In this document: piece after piece, positions 1-13,492 of the stretch
How the letters are laid out: the number at the start of each line of letters is the position of its first letter
How positions within the stretch are numbered: the stretch's first letter is position 1
Source of the DNA: Syntrophales bacterium
Lineage (GTDB): Bacteria > Desulfobacterota > Syntrophia > Syntrophales > UBA2210
Length of the DNA stretch: 64,000 nt
Direction of reading: 5' to 3'
Assembly (NCBI GenBank): GCA_963662405.2
Contig: CAXXKT010000001.1
Location: 2,592,001-2,656,000 of the forward strand
Program-made: the position numbers and the translations under genes
Notes under the pieces: model-generated
Databases searched by the model: none
What the model was told of the DNA's origin: nothing
Seen by the model: only the letters and a program-made list of their open reading frames with translations

Positions 1-596
1 TCCGGAGACGCGGCAGGCTCCGGATCACGGCCGCCGAAGGATTTCAGTCTTTTTACAGGCGCTTGGAGGCGGTTTACGGGCGGTGGATTGAACTGGAGGA
101 AGGGATCGTTGATATCTTGGAGATGAGCTGTGAGCGACCGGATTATATGCAGTTCGGTTACGCGGACATTCATACTCTTCCCCTGGCGCATATCGCGAGC
201 AGTATCGGTTACCGCATAAACGCGCCGGATGGTACGTCCGTGGTATACACCGGAGACACCGATTACTGCAAAAACGTTGTTCAACTGGCGATGAACGCCG
301 ACTTGCTCATCTGTGAATGCGCCTTCCCCGATGACCTCAAGACGGACGGTCATTTGACCCCTTCACTGGCGGGGAGGATTGCCTCCGAAGCGCGGGTCAA
401 GACCCTCCTCCTGACGCATTTTTATCCCGAGTGCGACGGCGTCGATGTGGCGGCCCAGTGCCGAAAGACATATAGCGGGACGCTGCTGTGCGCCGAAGAC
501 CTGATGCGGATCGAATTTGCCGGGAGGACCTTCACCATTGTTGATGGGGAGGGCGGAACCCGGCGTTCCCGTTCGCGCGCCGATCGATCAACATGA
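1..596 (+). CDS. MBL-fold metallo-hydrolase (RNase Z/BN-like), 5' end outside window
   Basis: Frame open from the window edge; motifs YTGDT, ICEC, GHLTP and LLLTHFYP are typical of the RNase Z-like C-terminal half. Confidence 0.8.
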   Translation, partial: RRRGRLRITAAEGFQSFYRRLEAVYGRWIELEEGIVDILEMSCERPDYMQFGYADIHTLPLAHIASSIGYRINAPDGTSVVYTGDTDYCKNVVQLAMNADLLICECAFPDDLKTDGHLTPSLAGRIASEARVKTLLLTHFYPECDGVDVAAQCRKTYSGTLLCAEDLMRIEFAGRTFTIVDGEGGTRRSRSRADRST

Positions 597-2041
597 AGCT
601 GCAACTACCGTCCCATAAGACCAAGATTATCTGCACCATCGGTCCCGCATCCCGATCGGAGACGGTCCTTTCCGCAATGATGGAACGGGGGATGACCATT
701 GCCCGGATCAATCTCTCACACGGTACGCGGGAGGATCATCGCCAGACCGTCAGGTCCGTGAGGACGGTGGCGGAGAAGGAAGGGAGGTCCTGCCCCATCT
801 TCGCCGATCTTCCCGGTCCGAAGATGCGTATCGGCAGACTGGCGGAGGAGCCGCTCACCCTTGTGAAAGGGGCTGAAATCACCTTGACCACGCGGGATCT
901 CCCCGGAACCGCCGAGATGATCCCTGTGACATACCGGCGACTTCCCGAGAGCGTTTTGCCGGGAAGCGTCATCTATCTGAATGACGGGTTTATCTCATTG
1001 AGCGTGACGTCTGTCCGGGACGAAGAGGTCCGATGTGCGGTAACGACAGGGGGGCAACTGCTCTCCGGGAAAGGGCTCAATCTCCCCGGTGCACGAATCT
1101 TCCTCGACACCGTTACCGAACAGGACCTTGAACTCATGGACTTTGCCCTCGGTGAGGGGATCACTATCTTCGGTGTTTCCTTTGTCGAGAAGGCGGACGA
1201 TATCATGCAGGCACGGGACTTTGCCCGGAGAAAGGGAAGGAAGGTCTATATCGTAGCGAAGATCGAACGAGCGGCCGCCGTCGAGAATATCGATGAAATC
1301 ATCGGGGCAGCCGATGCCGTCATGATCGCCCGCGGCGACCTGGGGGTCGAGATCCCGATCGAAGAGGTCCCCATTGTCCAGAAACAGTTGATAAGAAAGG
1401 CCAATCTGGCCTGTCGTCCCGTCATTACGGCGACGCAGATGCTGGAATCAATGGTCGAGGGCTCTCGCCCCACCCGGGCCGAGGCGACGGATGTCGCCAA
1501 CGCCATTCTGGACGGGACCGATGCCGTCATGATGTCCGAGGAAACGGCGATCGGTCAGTATCCGGTCGAGGCCGTGGGGATAATGTCTCGGATTGCCGTT
1601 GCCGTGGAGCGTGAGCGGCACACGATCCGTTCGTCCGTCTTCCTCCCGGAACAGCTCAAGGGGGAATTGGTCAACCGCCAGATCACCGTACCCGATACCG
1701 TTTCTTTGAATGTTTTGGAGGCGGTGAAGGCCCTGAACTGTCCCTTTGTCCTGACCGTCACCGGGGGAGGGATGACGGCGCGGCGCGTCTCGCGTTTCAA
1801 ACCTGACTGCTGGATCATCGCCTGCAACAACGAAGAACGGGTCTGCGATTTTCTCCGCTTCTCATACGGTGTCTTTCCCTTGTGTATGGACACCGGGCCC
1901 GGGGAATGGCGTCGCCGGCTGATCAGCCTTCTCAAGGATGCACGACTTGTCCAGGGGGGAGACCGGATCATCCTGACAGAGGGAAAATATGCGGGGGCGA
2001 TGGGGGGGACCGATTCCATGGGGATTATCACGATTTCGTAG
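593..2041 (+). CDS. pyk: Pyruvate kinase
   Basis: KTKIICTIGPAS, RINLSHG, AKIE, MIARGDLGVE, ATQMLESM, PTRAEATDVANAILDGTD. Confidence 0.97.
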   Translation: MKLQLPSHKTKIICTIGPASRSETVLSAMMERGMTIARINLSHGTREDHRQTVRSVRTVAEKEGRSCPIFADLPGPKMRIGRLAEEPLTLVKGAEITLTTRDLPGTAEMIPVTYRRLPESVLPGSVIYLNDGFISLSVTSVRDEEVRCAVTTGGQLLSGKGLNLPGARIFLDTVTEQDLELMDFALGEGITIFGVSFVEKADDIMQARDFARRKGRKVYIVAKIERAAAVENIDEIIGAADAVMIARGDLGVEIPIEEVPIVQKQLIRKANLACRPVITATQMLESMVEGSRPTRAEATDVANAILDGTDAVMMSEETAIGQYPVEAVGIMSRIAVAVERERHTIRSSVFLPEQLKGELVNRQITVPDTVSLNVLEAVKALNCPFVLTVTGGGMTARRVSRFKPDCWIIACNNEERVCDFLRFSYGVFPLCMDTGPGEWRRRLISLLKDARLVQGGDRIILTEGKYAGAMGGTDSMGIITIS

Positions 2042-2151
2042 ATCAAGGGACCTGTGGGCTATCCGATGCCTATAAGTGCCTGATATAAGAGATCCCGAGG
2101 CGACAACGAACACTGTAATACGCTGCTATTCACAGCTGAGGGGAGAGTGAA

Positions 2152-3855
2152 GTGACTGAAAAGCCAAGAGCGAATCGAACGGTATCATGGACGGTCGGTG
2201 CGTACCGGGACGCCGTGGAACGGAGACTGGCGCGACTCAGGGACGAGAAGATCATCGAGCGGATCGGGGGGCATGACCATACCGTTTGGAAAACAGCGTC
2301 CACGGAAATAACAAACCGCCTGGGGTGGCTTCACTCAGCAGGGGTGATATCCAAAAATATCCGGCATCTTACGGCCCTGGCCGACGAGATCCGTGCAGAG
2401 GGGTGCCGGCATGTCATACTGTTGGGGATGGGAGGGTCGATTCTCGCGCCCGAGGTGCTCGGCTCGGTGTTTGGTCGTCGCTCCGGATACCCGAGTTTGA
2501 CCATTCTCGACAGTACCAACCCGGAGGCGGTGACGGTATGCGCACGGCGATTCGATCCTGCCCGGTCCCTGTTTATCGTCGCGACCAAGTCGGGGACTAC
2601 CGTGGAGACCCTTTCTTTCTTTAAATTCTTCTACAACCGGATTATCGATGCCCTTGGACGTGAGGAGGCAGGCAAACACTTCATCGCGATCACCGATCCG
2701 GGTACACCATTGGCAGAACTCGCCGACCGGTATCGATTCCGTGCTACTTTTTTCAATGACCCGGATATCGGCGGACGCTATTCGGCCCTTTCCTGCTTCG
2801 GGCTGGTCCCCGCGGCCCTGATCGGTGTCGACCTGAAGGTCCTGCTGGACCGGGCCGCGGCTGTTATGTCGGATAGCATGTCACCAGACAGTGGGGCTAC
2901 CCTTCTGGGATGTATCATCGGTGAACTGGCCCTGGCGGGGAGGGACAAGATGACGCTCATCTCGTCACCGGGACTTGAGCCGTTCGGCAATTGGGTGGAG
3001 CAACTTGTAGCAGAGAGCACGGGGAAAGAGGGGAGGGGGGTCCTCCCCGTCATTGGCGAGCCCCTTGATACGCCGGATGTGTACGGGAATGATCGCTTCT
3101 TTGTTCATCTGAGACTGGGGAAAGACAAGACATCCGACAAAGGGCTTTCCGATCTCGAGCGGGCGGGTTACCCCGTCATTACCATCCCGGTTTTAGACCG
3201 GTTTGATCTCGGCGGGCAGTTCTTTTTCTGGGAAATGGCCGTGAGCGTTGCCGGCTGGTGCTTGGAGATCAATCCCTTCGACCAGCCTGACGTCGAGTCG
3301 TCCAAGGCCCTGGCCCGTCGAATGGTGGATGATTATAAAGAGAACGGCACCCTGATCCGGGAAGAGCCCTCGTTGATCGATGGGGATATTATGGTTTTTA
3401 GAGGGCCGAAATCCCAGGGAGCCGGGGGTTCTCTCATTTCCTTTATCGAAGAAGGGATGAAAGACGGGGCGTATGTGGCGATCCAGGCATACCTGCCGCA
3501 CGATCTCGCTTACGATAAGGCTCTGCACACATTACGCCTACGATTGCGGGACCGATTCGGGATAGCCGTGACGGTGGGGTATGGCCCCCGTTTCCTTCAT
3601 TCCACGGGGCAGCTCCACAAGGGAGATGCGGGGATGGGACTCTTTGTCCAGATCACCGCCGATGACGTGGAGGATCTACCGATTCCCGAGGAGCCCGGGT
3701 CCCCTGCCTCCTCGATAACCTTCGGTATCCTCAATGAAGCACAGGCGGCGGGGGACCGTCAGGCACTGCAGGATGCCGGAAGGAGGGTGATGCGGTTTCA
3801 CCTGAAGGGGGACCGCATCGGCATGCTGCTTCGGCTGGCCGAGGCACTCGTATGA
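2152..3855 (+). CDS. pgi: Glucose-6-phosphate isomerase (PGI domain of the TAL-PGI type)
   Basis: GMGGS, ATKSGTTVET, IGGRYSALS, QLVAESTGK, INPFDQPDVE, HSTGQLHKG. Confidence 0.88.
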   Translation: MTEKPRANRTVSWTVGAYRDAVERRLARLRDEKIIERIGGHDHTVWKTASTEITNRLGWLHSAGVISKNIRHLTALADEIRAEGCRHVILLGMGGSILAPEVLGSVFGRRSGYPSLTILDSTNPEAVTVCARRFDPARSLFIVATKSGTTVETLSFFKFFYNRIIDALGREEAGKHFIAITDPGTPLAELADRYRFRATFFNDPDIGGRYSALSCFGLVPAALIGVDLKVLLDRAAAVMSDSMSPDSGATLLGCIIGELALAGRDKMTLISSPGLEPFGNWVEQLVAESTGKEGRGVLPVIGEPLDTPDVYGNDRFFVHLRLGKDKTSDKGLSDLERAGYPVITIPVLDRFDLGGQFFFWEMAVSVAGWCLEINPFDQPDVESSKALARRMVDDYKENGTLIREEPSLIDGDIMVFRGPKSQGAGGSLISFIEEGMKDGAYVAIQAYLPHDLAYDKALHTLRLRLRDRFGIAVTVGYGPRFLHSTGQLHKGDAGMGLFVQITADDVEDLPIPEEPGSPASSITFGILNEAQAAGDRQALQDAGRRVMRFHLKGDRIGMLLRLAEALV

Positions 3856-3887
3856 CCGCGACCGGTCACCGGAGGGGAGATAATGTT

Positions 3888-4373
3888 TTATTCAATATCT
3901 TCAAAACAGCTCAGCTCGATATTCTTCCTGACCTTTTCGGGATCGAATACCCGCCCGTTCATTGTTATGTAGACCCCCGGTGGGAGCAGTTGAACCGCGA
4001 GGATGGCGCATCCGATATTGAATTCGGCGTCGGTCGACCTGAACCGCGCCGGTTCCATCGAACCGGTGAGGACAATGGTCTTGCCCGATACCGGCCGGAG
4101 TCTTTTTGCGGTCTGTACCATGGTGTCGGTCCCGTGAGTTATGACGATATGCCGGCACTCCTCCCGCGAGATCGTTTCAAGGATCATCAGGCGATCTTCA
4201 TCGGTAATGTCGAGGCTGTCTTTTTTCAGGAGGGACTCGCAATCGTAGGTGAACCCGACGCGTGCCCCGTGCAATATCTCGGAGAGCCGAGATTCTCCGA
4301 CCTGGTAGTCGTTTTTCCGATCGAAGTATATCTTGTCGATTGTCCCCCCCACGGTGAAGAATTTGATCTTCAT
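3888..4373 (-). CDS. Asparaginase-domain protein (short)
   Basis: TVGGTIDK, DSLD, ITHGTDTM, VLTGS motifs. Confidence 0.85.
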   Translation of the reverse strand: MKIKFFTVGGTIDKIYFDRKNDYQVGESRLSEILHGARVGFTYDCESLLKKDSLDITDEDRLMILETISREECRHIVITHGTDTMVQTAKRLRPVSGKTIVLTGSMEPARFRSTDAEFNIGCAILAVQLLPPGVYITMNGRVFDPEKVRKNIELSCFEDIE

Positions 4374-4401
4374 GACTTGTCCCTACCGCCTCGAAAGAGT
4401 G

Positions 4402-4929
4402 CTACTTACCCTGGAGATCAATGGCCAACTGCACGAAACGGGCGACCTGATCTTCCGGAACCCGACCGCGAATGACGGCACGGCAGACGCGGTTCGTGTC
4501 CAGGAGGATCACGTTGGCGCTGTTGTCCGTGAGGCCCCACGCCTCCCGCAGCGATGCGTTATAGTCGAAGAGGATAACGGTCTTATATTTTTCCGCCGCC
4601 GCCGCACCGAATGCTCTGATGAGAGAATCCGGTTTCCACGATGCCTTGCAGTCGGCAATCCCGATTCCCTTGAACGCGCTTTCCTTGAGGATCCCCGCTT
4701 GTACCTTTGCCTTGATGGCGTCATTCAAATGATCGTTGGTGTCCTTTTCGTCCGGATCGTTGTAATTGATCAGGAGCACCTTTCCCTCCCAGTCCTGCAT
4801 CGTGTACTGTCTGTCGTCCGCGTCCGGGAGCGACCAGTCCGATGCCCTGTCTCCCACCTGCAGGCCCCCTGCCGCGGCGGGGACCACCCAGAACAATACC
4901 AGTAATACCGCACACCATACCTTTTTCAT
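4402..4929 (-). CDS. YtfJ-like / thioredoxin-fold exported protein
   Basis: Signal peptide; redoxin-like LPDAD...GKV pattern; good RBS. Confidence 0.6.
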   Translation of the reverse strand: MKKVWCAVLLVLFWVVPAAAGGLQVGDRASDWSLPDADDRQYTMQDWEGKVLLINYNDPDEKDTNDHLNDAIKAKVQAGILKESAFKGIGIADCKASWKPDSLIRAFGAAAAEKYKTVILFDYNASLREAWGLTDNSANVILLDTNRVCRAVIRGRVPEDQVARFVQLAIDLQGK

Positions 4930-4996
4930 AACTCCTCCTTTGAGGGTGTTTGAGGCCGCCCACGGGAATTTTTTGTGCGCGGCGTTTCACGGAGAA

Positions 4997-7628
<2,632 letters not shown>

Positions 7629-7757
7629 GACGGACCTTTCGATATGATTACTTCAAGGCGATAGTAGTCACAGGCCGATCAAATGTCAAACCAAAAGCTC
7701 CAAAATAATCCTTGTCTTTTTCACAGGGATATAATAGAAAATTGAGCACTGTTAGCT

Positions 7758-8237
7758 ATGAAGATAGGCGTTATTTCAGATACTCATCTTGCTGCTCCCG
7801 ACGGTAGACTTGAAAAGATCGCCAAAGATCACTTTCAGGGTGTTGAACTCATTTTGCATGCAGGGGACATAGTAGATATCAGAGTGTTGGAGGCATTCGG
7901 AGACACGCGGGTCTGTGCCGTCTGTGGGAACATGGACGGTGCCTCCGTCAGGGACATGTTTCCGGAGAAGCGGGTGCTTGAGGTCGAAGGATGGCGGATT
8001 GGTCTCATTCATGGTTGGGGATCCCCGTCAGGCCTGGAGGAAAGGATTATCCGGGAATTTGAGGATGTCGCGTGTATCGTCTACGGACATTCCCACCGGC
8101 CGAATAATGAGGTGAGAGACGGCGTGTTGCTCTTCAATCCCGGCTCACCCACCGATAATCGGTTCGCTCAGGGCAATTCCGTGGGCATCCTGGATGTTGG
8201 GGAAAGTATCGTGGGAACGGTTGTGAATCTGGATTGA
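7758..8237 (+). CDS. YfcE-family metallophosphoesterase
   Basis: ISDTH, HAGD, GNMD, GHSH, NPGS. Confidence 0.92.
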   Translation: MKIGVISDTHLAAPDGRLEKIAKDHFQGVELILHAGDIVDIRVLEAFGDTRVCAVCGNMDGASVRDMFPEKRVLEVEGWRIGLIHGWGSPSGLEERIIREFEDVACIVYGHSHRPNNEVRDGVLLFNPGSPTDNRFAQGNSVGILDVGESIVGTVVNLD

Positions 8238-8250
8238 GACAGGGAAGAAC

Positions 8251-8733
8251 ATGGATAGGATATTGGCTCCGGGAAGGATGGCGTACATTAAAGGCGAGAA
8301 GCCGGAGGGTTGTATCTTTTGCAGGGGGTCCGCACGGGAAAAGGACCTGGTCCTGTACGAGGGGAAGACCTGTTACGTCATGATGAATAAGTACCCCTAT
8401 ACCTCCGGGCATCTCATGGTTATTCCCTTCAGGCATGTGTCTGATTTTGAAGAGACGAGCGTTTCAGAACGGGCGGAAATGATGGATTTTGTCGGCATGT
8501 GTGTAGGGGCCCTTAAGGCCGCTTTTGACCCCGAAGGGTTCAATATCGGGATGAACCTTGGAAAGGTTGCCGGTGCGGGGGTCGATGACCACCTTCATAT
8601 CCATGTTGTCCCACGGTGGGTGGGAGATACAAACTTTTCTACTGTTCTGGGAGAGGTCAGGGTGATTCCCGAGGATCTTACCATTACCTGTAGTACGCTG
8701 GCGCAATATTTTCAAGAGATAGAGGAGGGTTAA
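8251..8733 (+). CDS. HIT-family hydrolase
   Basis: CIFC, NKYPY, GHLM, HLHIH triad. Confidence 0.92.
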   Translation: MDRILAPGRMAYIKGEKPEGCIFCRGSAREKDLVLYEGKTCYVMMNKYPYTSGHLMVIPFRHVSDFEETSVSERAEMMDFVGMCVGALKAAFDPEGFNIGMNLGKVAGAGVDDHLHIHVVPRWVGDTNFSTVLGEVRVIPEDLTITCSTLAQYFQEIEEG

Positions 8734-8734
8734 G

Positions 8735-9076
8735 ATGAAACTGTTATACACAATTATTGCAACACTGGTTGTCTTGTTTATCATTACCTTCTCGTTGGCA
8801 AATACAACCGAGGTGCCGATCGGGTACTATGGCTTTATAGATGTTTCCGTAGAGACCTATTTGTTGATTTTCATATCGTTTGGCGTGGGTGTCATACTGG
8901 CCGGGTTCATGGGTATCGTGGAGCGACTCAGACTCGCCAGAGAATTGAAAAAGCTGAAAAAAGAGGTCAAGAAACTGAGGAAAAGAGGAGAGACCGAGCA
9001 ACTCCCCGATGTTGAACGTTCAGAACCGGCTCAGGAGACGGAGGCCGAGGGGGACGCCGGGAAATGGAACAGGTAA
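8735..9076 (+). CDS. LapA-family (DUF1049-like) membrane protein
   Basis: Two hydrophobic segments followed by a coiled-coil tail. Confidence 0.65.
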   Translation: MKLLYTIIATLVVLFIITFSLANTTEVPIGYYGFIDVSVETYLLIFISFGVGVILAGFMGIVERLRLARELKKLKKEVKKLRKRGETEQLPDVERSEPAQETEAEGDAGKWNR

Positions 9077-9089
9077 TGAAGGGGGAGAG

Positions 9090-9605
9090 CTAACCGCCGC
9101 AGTCTGATTGATCTCCCTTTATTTTTTCGATTGCATGTCTCAGGGCGGGAAGGACAACCGACAGGTTTTCCCGGGCTCCCCGGGGACTTCCCGGGAGGTT
9201 GATAATCAGGGATTGCCCCCGGATCCCCGCCACGGCCCGGGATATCATGGCGTGCGGCGTTTTTTTCAAACTCTCCCGACGCATCGCTTCCGCCATGCCG
9301 GGCAGTTCCTTATCCAACACCTCCAGCGTTGCCTCCGGAGTGACATCACGGGGACTGACGCCGGTTCCCCCGGTTGTCACGACCAGATCCAGCCCCTTCG
9401 TATCGGTAAAATCCCGTATCTTTCCCCGTATGACCTCTTCCTCATCGGGGATTACAATATAACAGTCAATTCTGATCCCGAGATCACCCAGCAGGCGCAT
9501 AACCTCCCGGCCGCTGGTGTCTTCCCTCTCTCCACGGGATCCCTTGTCACTGATGGTGATGACGCCGCCTGTCATCACCGATAGCCGTTCTGTGCTATTC
9601 CTCAT
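9090..9605 (-). CDS. mogA: Molybdopterin adenylyltransferase MogA/MoaB family (true start likely 9575)
   Basis: ITISD, TTGGTG, RDVTPEAT, SRAVAG, NLPGSP. Confidence 0.9.
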   Translation of the reverse strand: MRNSTERLSVMTGGVITISDKGSRGEREDTSGREVMRLLGDLGIRIDCYIVIPDEEEVIRGKIRDFTDTKGLDLVVTTGGTGVSPRDVTPEATLEVLDKELPGMAEAMRRESLKKTPHAMISRAVAGIRGQSLIINLPGSPRGARENLSVVLPALRHAIEKIKGDQSDCGG

Positions 9606-11673
9606 CCTTTTTCGCCGTAGCGATGACCTTTTCCTGCAGGTGCGCGGGGACCTCCTCGTAGTGGGAGATCTCGTAGGAAAAGGTCCCTCTCCCGCTGGTG
9701 ATCGATGTCAGATCCGGTGCATATGAGAGGATCTCGGCCAGGGGGACCTGACCCTTGACGACCTGATTGTTCCCCTCTTTGTCCATCCCCAGCACACGAC
9801 CCCGCCTGCTGTTGAGGTCACCGATCACATCCCCCATATACTCATCGGGAATTTCAATTTTGATCGTGACAATCGGTTCCAGGAGGGTGGGCTGACATTC
9901 CTGGAAACCCTTCTTGAATCCCATGGACCCGGCGATCTTGAAGGCCATCTCGGACGAGTCGACGGTATGGTACGATCCATCGACAAGGGCAACCTTGAGG
10001 TCGACGATGGGGTACCCGGCCAGGATCCCTTCCGCCATCGCCTCGATGATCCCCTTTTCCACCGCCGGTATATACGTCTTGGGAACGACACCGCCGACGA
10101 TTGCATCAACAAACTCGAACCCGCCGCCGCTGGGAAGGGGTTCTATCTCGAGCCAGGTGTCGCCGTACTGCCCTTTCCCACCCGATTGTTTTTTGTACTT
10201 GCCCTGTACCCGGGTCTTCCCCTTGATCGTTTCGCGATAGGGGACCTTCGGCTGCTTGAGGTTTACGTCAACGCCGAACTTCCTCTTCAGCTTTTCTACG
10301 GTAATATCGATATGAACCTGTCCCACACCGGAAAGGATGGTTTCACCCGTCTCGGGGTCACGGCGGATTGCCAGGGTCTGGTCCTCGTCGATCAATCGAT
10401 TCAGGGAGGCGTGTACCTTCTCTTCATCCCCTTTGTTCTTTGCCTCGACCGCGTAATGGACCACCGGATTGATCAGCGGAACCCGCTCATAGATGATCGG
10501 CGCCTTCGGATCGCACATCGTATCGCCGGTGGATGTCTCTTTCAGCTTGGCAAGGGCGGCGATATCGCCGGGGACAAGTGAATCTACCGGGACCTGGTTT
10601 TTCCCTTCCAGGTAGAAGATAGCCCCACATTTCTCATTCAGGTCCTTTGATGCATTATGGAAGAGAAAATCTGATTTCAGGGTCCCCGAAAAGACACGGA
10701 ACAAGGTAAGCTTTCCCGCGTAGGGATCGGCGATCGTCTTGAATACCATGGCCGAGAAGGGGGCGTTTTCATCGGGGGATCGATCCTCTTTCTCGTCGGT
10801 GTTGGGCCTCGTTCCGGTGACGGTTCCCCGGTCTACCGGAGAAGGAAGAAAATTGACGGTAGCGTCCATGACGGGAGCAATCCCGGTATTGGTCAAGGCA
10901 GAACCGCAGATAACGGGGACCAAATCACCCGAGATGACCCCCTTGCGAAGTCCGGCCTTGATATCGACGACAGACAGCTCCCCCTCTTCAAGATACTTGT
11001 CCATCAAAGTTTCGTCGCACTCGGCAATGTCTTCAACCATCGTCTCACGGGCCGCCTCGGCACTATCCAGGAGATCGCCCGGGATGTCCTCCTTCTTGGG
11101 CTTCCCTTTAGGATCATCAAAGAGGAGGGCCTTCATGTCGATCAGGTCGATCAGACCTTTAAACGATTCTTCCATCCCGATCGGGAGGTAACAGACGGTC
11201 GCCTTTGCCCCCAGCTTGTTGTTGATATCATCAACCGTCTTGGCAAAATCGGCGCGTTCCCGATCCATCTTGCTGATATAGATCATGCGGGGAAGCGAAA
11301 GCTCATCGGCATAGCTCCACACCTTCTCCGTCTGGAACTCGACCCCGCCTACGGCGTCCACCACGACAATCACACTGTCGGCGACGCGCATACTGTACTT
11401 GGTATCCATAAAAAAGTTGGCATCCCCGGGGGTGTCAATGATGTTGACCCGGTGCTTGTTCCATTCGAAGAAGTTTACCGCTGAGCTGATCGAAATGTGT
11501 CTCTTCTGCTCTTCCGGTTCAAAATCGAGCGAAGAGGTGCCCTCATCGACTCTCCCCGGTTTGTCCGATTTCCCGGCGATAAAGAGGCACGACTCGCAAA
11601 GGGATGTTTTTCCTGTTCCCCCGTGGCCTGCAATTGCGATATTTCTAAGAGATATAGAATCGTATTTTGCCAT
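9595..11673 (-). CDS. fusA: Elongation factor G paralog (EF-G2-like)
   Basis: Full EF-G architecture (DTPG, KQSGGKGQYG, DGSYHTVDSSEMAF) with variant G1 GHGGTGKT; not in the str operon. Confidence 0.88.
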   Translation of the reverse strand: MAKYDSISLRNIAIAGHGGTGKTSLCESCLFIAGKSDKPGRVDEGTSSLDFEPEEQKRHISISSAVNFFEWNKHRVNIIDTPGDANFFMDTKYSMRVADSVIVVVDAVGGVEFQTEKVWSYADELSLPRMIYISKMDRERADFAKTVDDINNKLGAKATVCYLPIGMEESFKGLIDLIDMKALLFDDPKGKPKKEDIPGDLLDSAEAARETMVEDIAECDETLMDKYLEEGELSVVDIKAGLRKGVISGDLVPVICGSALTNTGIAPVMDATVNFLPSPVDRGTVTGTRPNTDEKEDRSPDENAPFSAMVFKTIADPYAGKLTLFRVFSGTLKSDFLFHNASKDLNEKCGAIFYLEGKNQVPVDSLVPGDIAALAKLKETSTGDTMCDPKAPIIYERVPLINPVVHYAVEAKNKGDEEKVHASLNRLIDEDQTLAIRRDPETGETILSGVGQVHIDITVEKLKRKFGVDVNLKQPKVPYRETIKGKTRVQGKYKKQSGGKGQYGDTWLEIEPLPSGGGFEFVDAIVGGVVPKTYIPAVEKGIIEAMAEGILAGYPIVDLKVALVDGSYHTVDSSEMAFKIAGSMGFKKGFQECQPTLLEPIVTIKIEIPDEYMGDVIGDLNSRRGRVLGMDKEGNNQVVKGQVPLAEILSYAPDLTSITSGRGTFSYEISHYEEVPAHLQEKVIATAKKDEE

Positions 11674-11866
11674 AATGCTCCCTTCCTGTAACTGTCACTG
11701 AGGTTATAACCTCGCACGCTTAGCGTATTCCGTCCTGCAATGTCAAGACAATTTTCTCTTTTCAGGGGGAGGGAAGGGATGATTTGATTGACCGTTTATC
11801 CAAACTGTGATATGTATTCTTTTTTTTGGAATACAGTTTTCGGAAGAGGAGAGGCGTGGGGAAAAG

Positions 11867-12355
11867 ATGTCTATGTTTAAGGTGGGAGATATGGCTGTAT
11901 ATCCGGCACATGGAGTGGGGGTTATCGAGGCTATAGAAACCAGGGAAGTGATGGGAAACGAACAACCCTTCTACGTTATGAAGATTTTAGGTAATAACGC
12001 GACGATCATGATACCGCAGGATAGCGCACAGTTCGTTGGCTTGAGGGATATTATCGCCGAAGATGAAATTCCAATAGTCTACAACATATTGAAAGAAAAG
12101 AGTGCGGTACTTGATAAACAGACCTGGAATAAACGTTACAAAGAGTACTGGGAAAAGATCAAAACAGGTTCCGTATATGAAATCGCGGAGGTATTGCGAG
12201 ACCTTTTTACCCTTAAGTCCGACAAGGATCTGTCGTTCGGCGAGCGGAAGATGATGGATACGGCAAAGAGCCTGCTCATACGGGAGATATCCATAGCGGG
12301 CGATTGTGAGGAGACAGAGGTGGAAAAGAACCTGAATGCCATATTTGCTGCGTAA
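11867..12355 (+). CDS. carD: CarD-family transcription factor
   Basis: FKVGD..VYPAHGVG, WNKRY, LSFGERKM. Confidence 0.93.
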   Translation: MSMFKVGDMAVYPAHGVGVIEAIETREVMGNEQPFYVMKILGNNATIMIPQDSAQFVGLRDIIAEDEIPIVYNILKEKSAVLDKQTWNKRYKEYWEKIKTGSVYEIAEVLRDLFTLKSDKDLSFGERKMMDTAKSLLIREISIAGDCEETEVEKNLNAIFAA

Positions 12356-12413
12356 TATCTTTTTTTACTCCCTTCGCTGAAGGCATGACACGCATACCCG
12401 ATGGAGGTGATCT

Positions 12414-13442
12414 TTGATTATAAGGCTTCTACTTATTGGGGCCTGTTCTGTGAGTGGTTATCTTATTGCTTTACAATATTACTCGTTTCCGTTTTCATTG
12501 ATAGGATTGGTACTAGGACTTTTTCTTTCCATCTTTGTAATCCAGACAGAGCAGGCGATACGAAAACTTTCACTCAGGGTTATCTTCGGAGGTGTCATCG
12601 GGACGCTGATCGGGCTCCTGATCGCCTTTCTCTTGACCTGTGGGCTGAAGGTGATGCCCGGTTTTGAGAAACATGAAGTAATCCCGTGGGGGTATATTTA
12701 CGTTATCATTACCTTTATCCTGGGGTATCTCGGCTTGGTCCTCGGTTCGAAAAAGAGTGAGGATTTTGCATTTCCCCGTTCCATCGATCCCGGGGATAAC
12801 GACGTACTGCCGCCGGATTATCGTATCCTGGATACCAGCGTCATTATCGACGGCCGGATGGCGGATATCTGTGATACCGGTTTTATCGAAGGCGCCCTGA
12901 TTGTTCCCCGCTTTGTCCTGGACGAGTTGCAACTGATAGCCGATTCCTCCGATCATATGAAGCGCTCTCGGGGAAGACGAGGGTTGGATATCCTCAACCG
13001 GATGCAGAAGAGTGACGACATCAAGATTGAGATTGTCGACATCGATTTTCCCAAGGTCAAGGGCGTCGATTCAAAGCTGGTGGCCCTGGCCAAGGAAAAG
13101 GGGGGAAAAATCGTGACCAACGACTACAATCTGAATAAGGTCGCTGAATTGCAAGGCATAAAGATTCTCAATATCAACGAGCTTGCAAATGCCCTGAAGC
13201 CGCTTGTTCTCCCCGGTGAGGCCATGACCGTCCGGATTATCAAGGAGGGAAAAGAGGCCGGGCAGGGTTTGGCCTATCTCGATGACGGCACCATGGTAGT
13301 TGTCGACAATGGGACCAGACACATTGGAAAGAGCGTCGAGGTCGTGGTCACCAGTGTTCTCCAGACGGCGGCGGGCCGCATGATCTTTTCCGGCCTCAAA
13401 GCGGATGAACGGAACGGCGAACGGTCGACCGTCACAAAGTAG
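12414..13442 (+). CDS. PIN/TRAM membrane protein (YacL-like)
   Basis: N-terminal TM helices, LDTSVIIDGR, TNDYNL, GLAYLDDGTMVVV; conserved carD-ispD context. Confidence 0.92.
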   Translation: MIIRLLLIGACSVSGYLIALQYYSFPFSLIGLVLGLFLSIFVIQTEQAIRKLSLRVIFGGVIGTLIGLLIAFLLTCGLKVMPGFEKHEVIPWGYIYVIITFILGYLGLVLGSKKSEDFAFPRSIDPGDNDVLPPDYRILDTSVIIDGRMADICDTGFIEGALIVPRFVLDELQLIADSSDHMKRSRGRRGLDILNRMQKSDDIKIEIVDIDFPKVKGVDSKLVALAKEKGGKIVTNDYNLNKVAELQGIKILNINELANALKPLVLPGEAMTVRIIKEGKEAGQGLAYLDDGTMVVVDNGTRHIGKSVEVVVTSVLQTAAGRMIFSGLKADERNGERSTVTK

Positions 13443-13492
13443 ACGTGATACCCTCCGAACCCAGAACAAGACTTTGGCGTGCGTGAATAACG

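Noticed and set aside
9595..11673. EF-G variant motifs as a novelty
   Set aside because: Stand-alone EF-G paralogs with altered G1/G4 motifs are well known.
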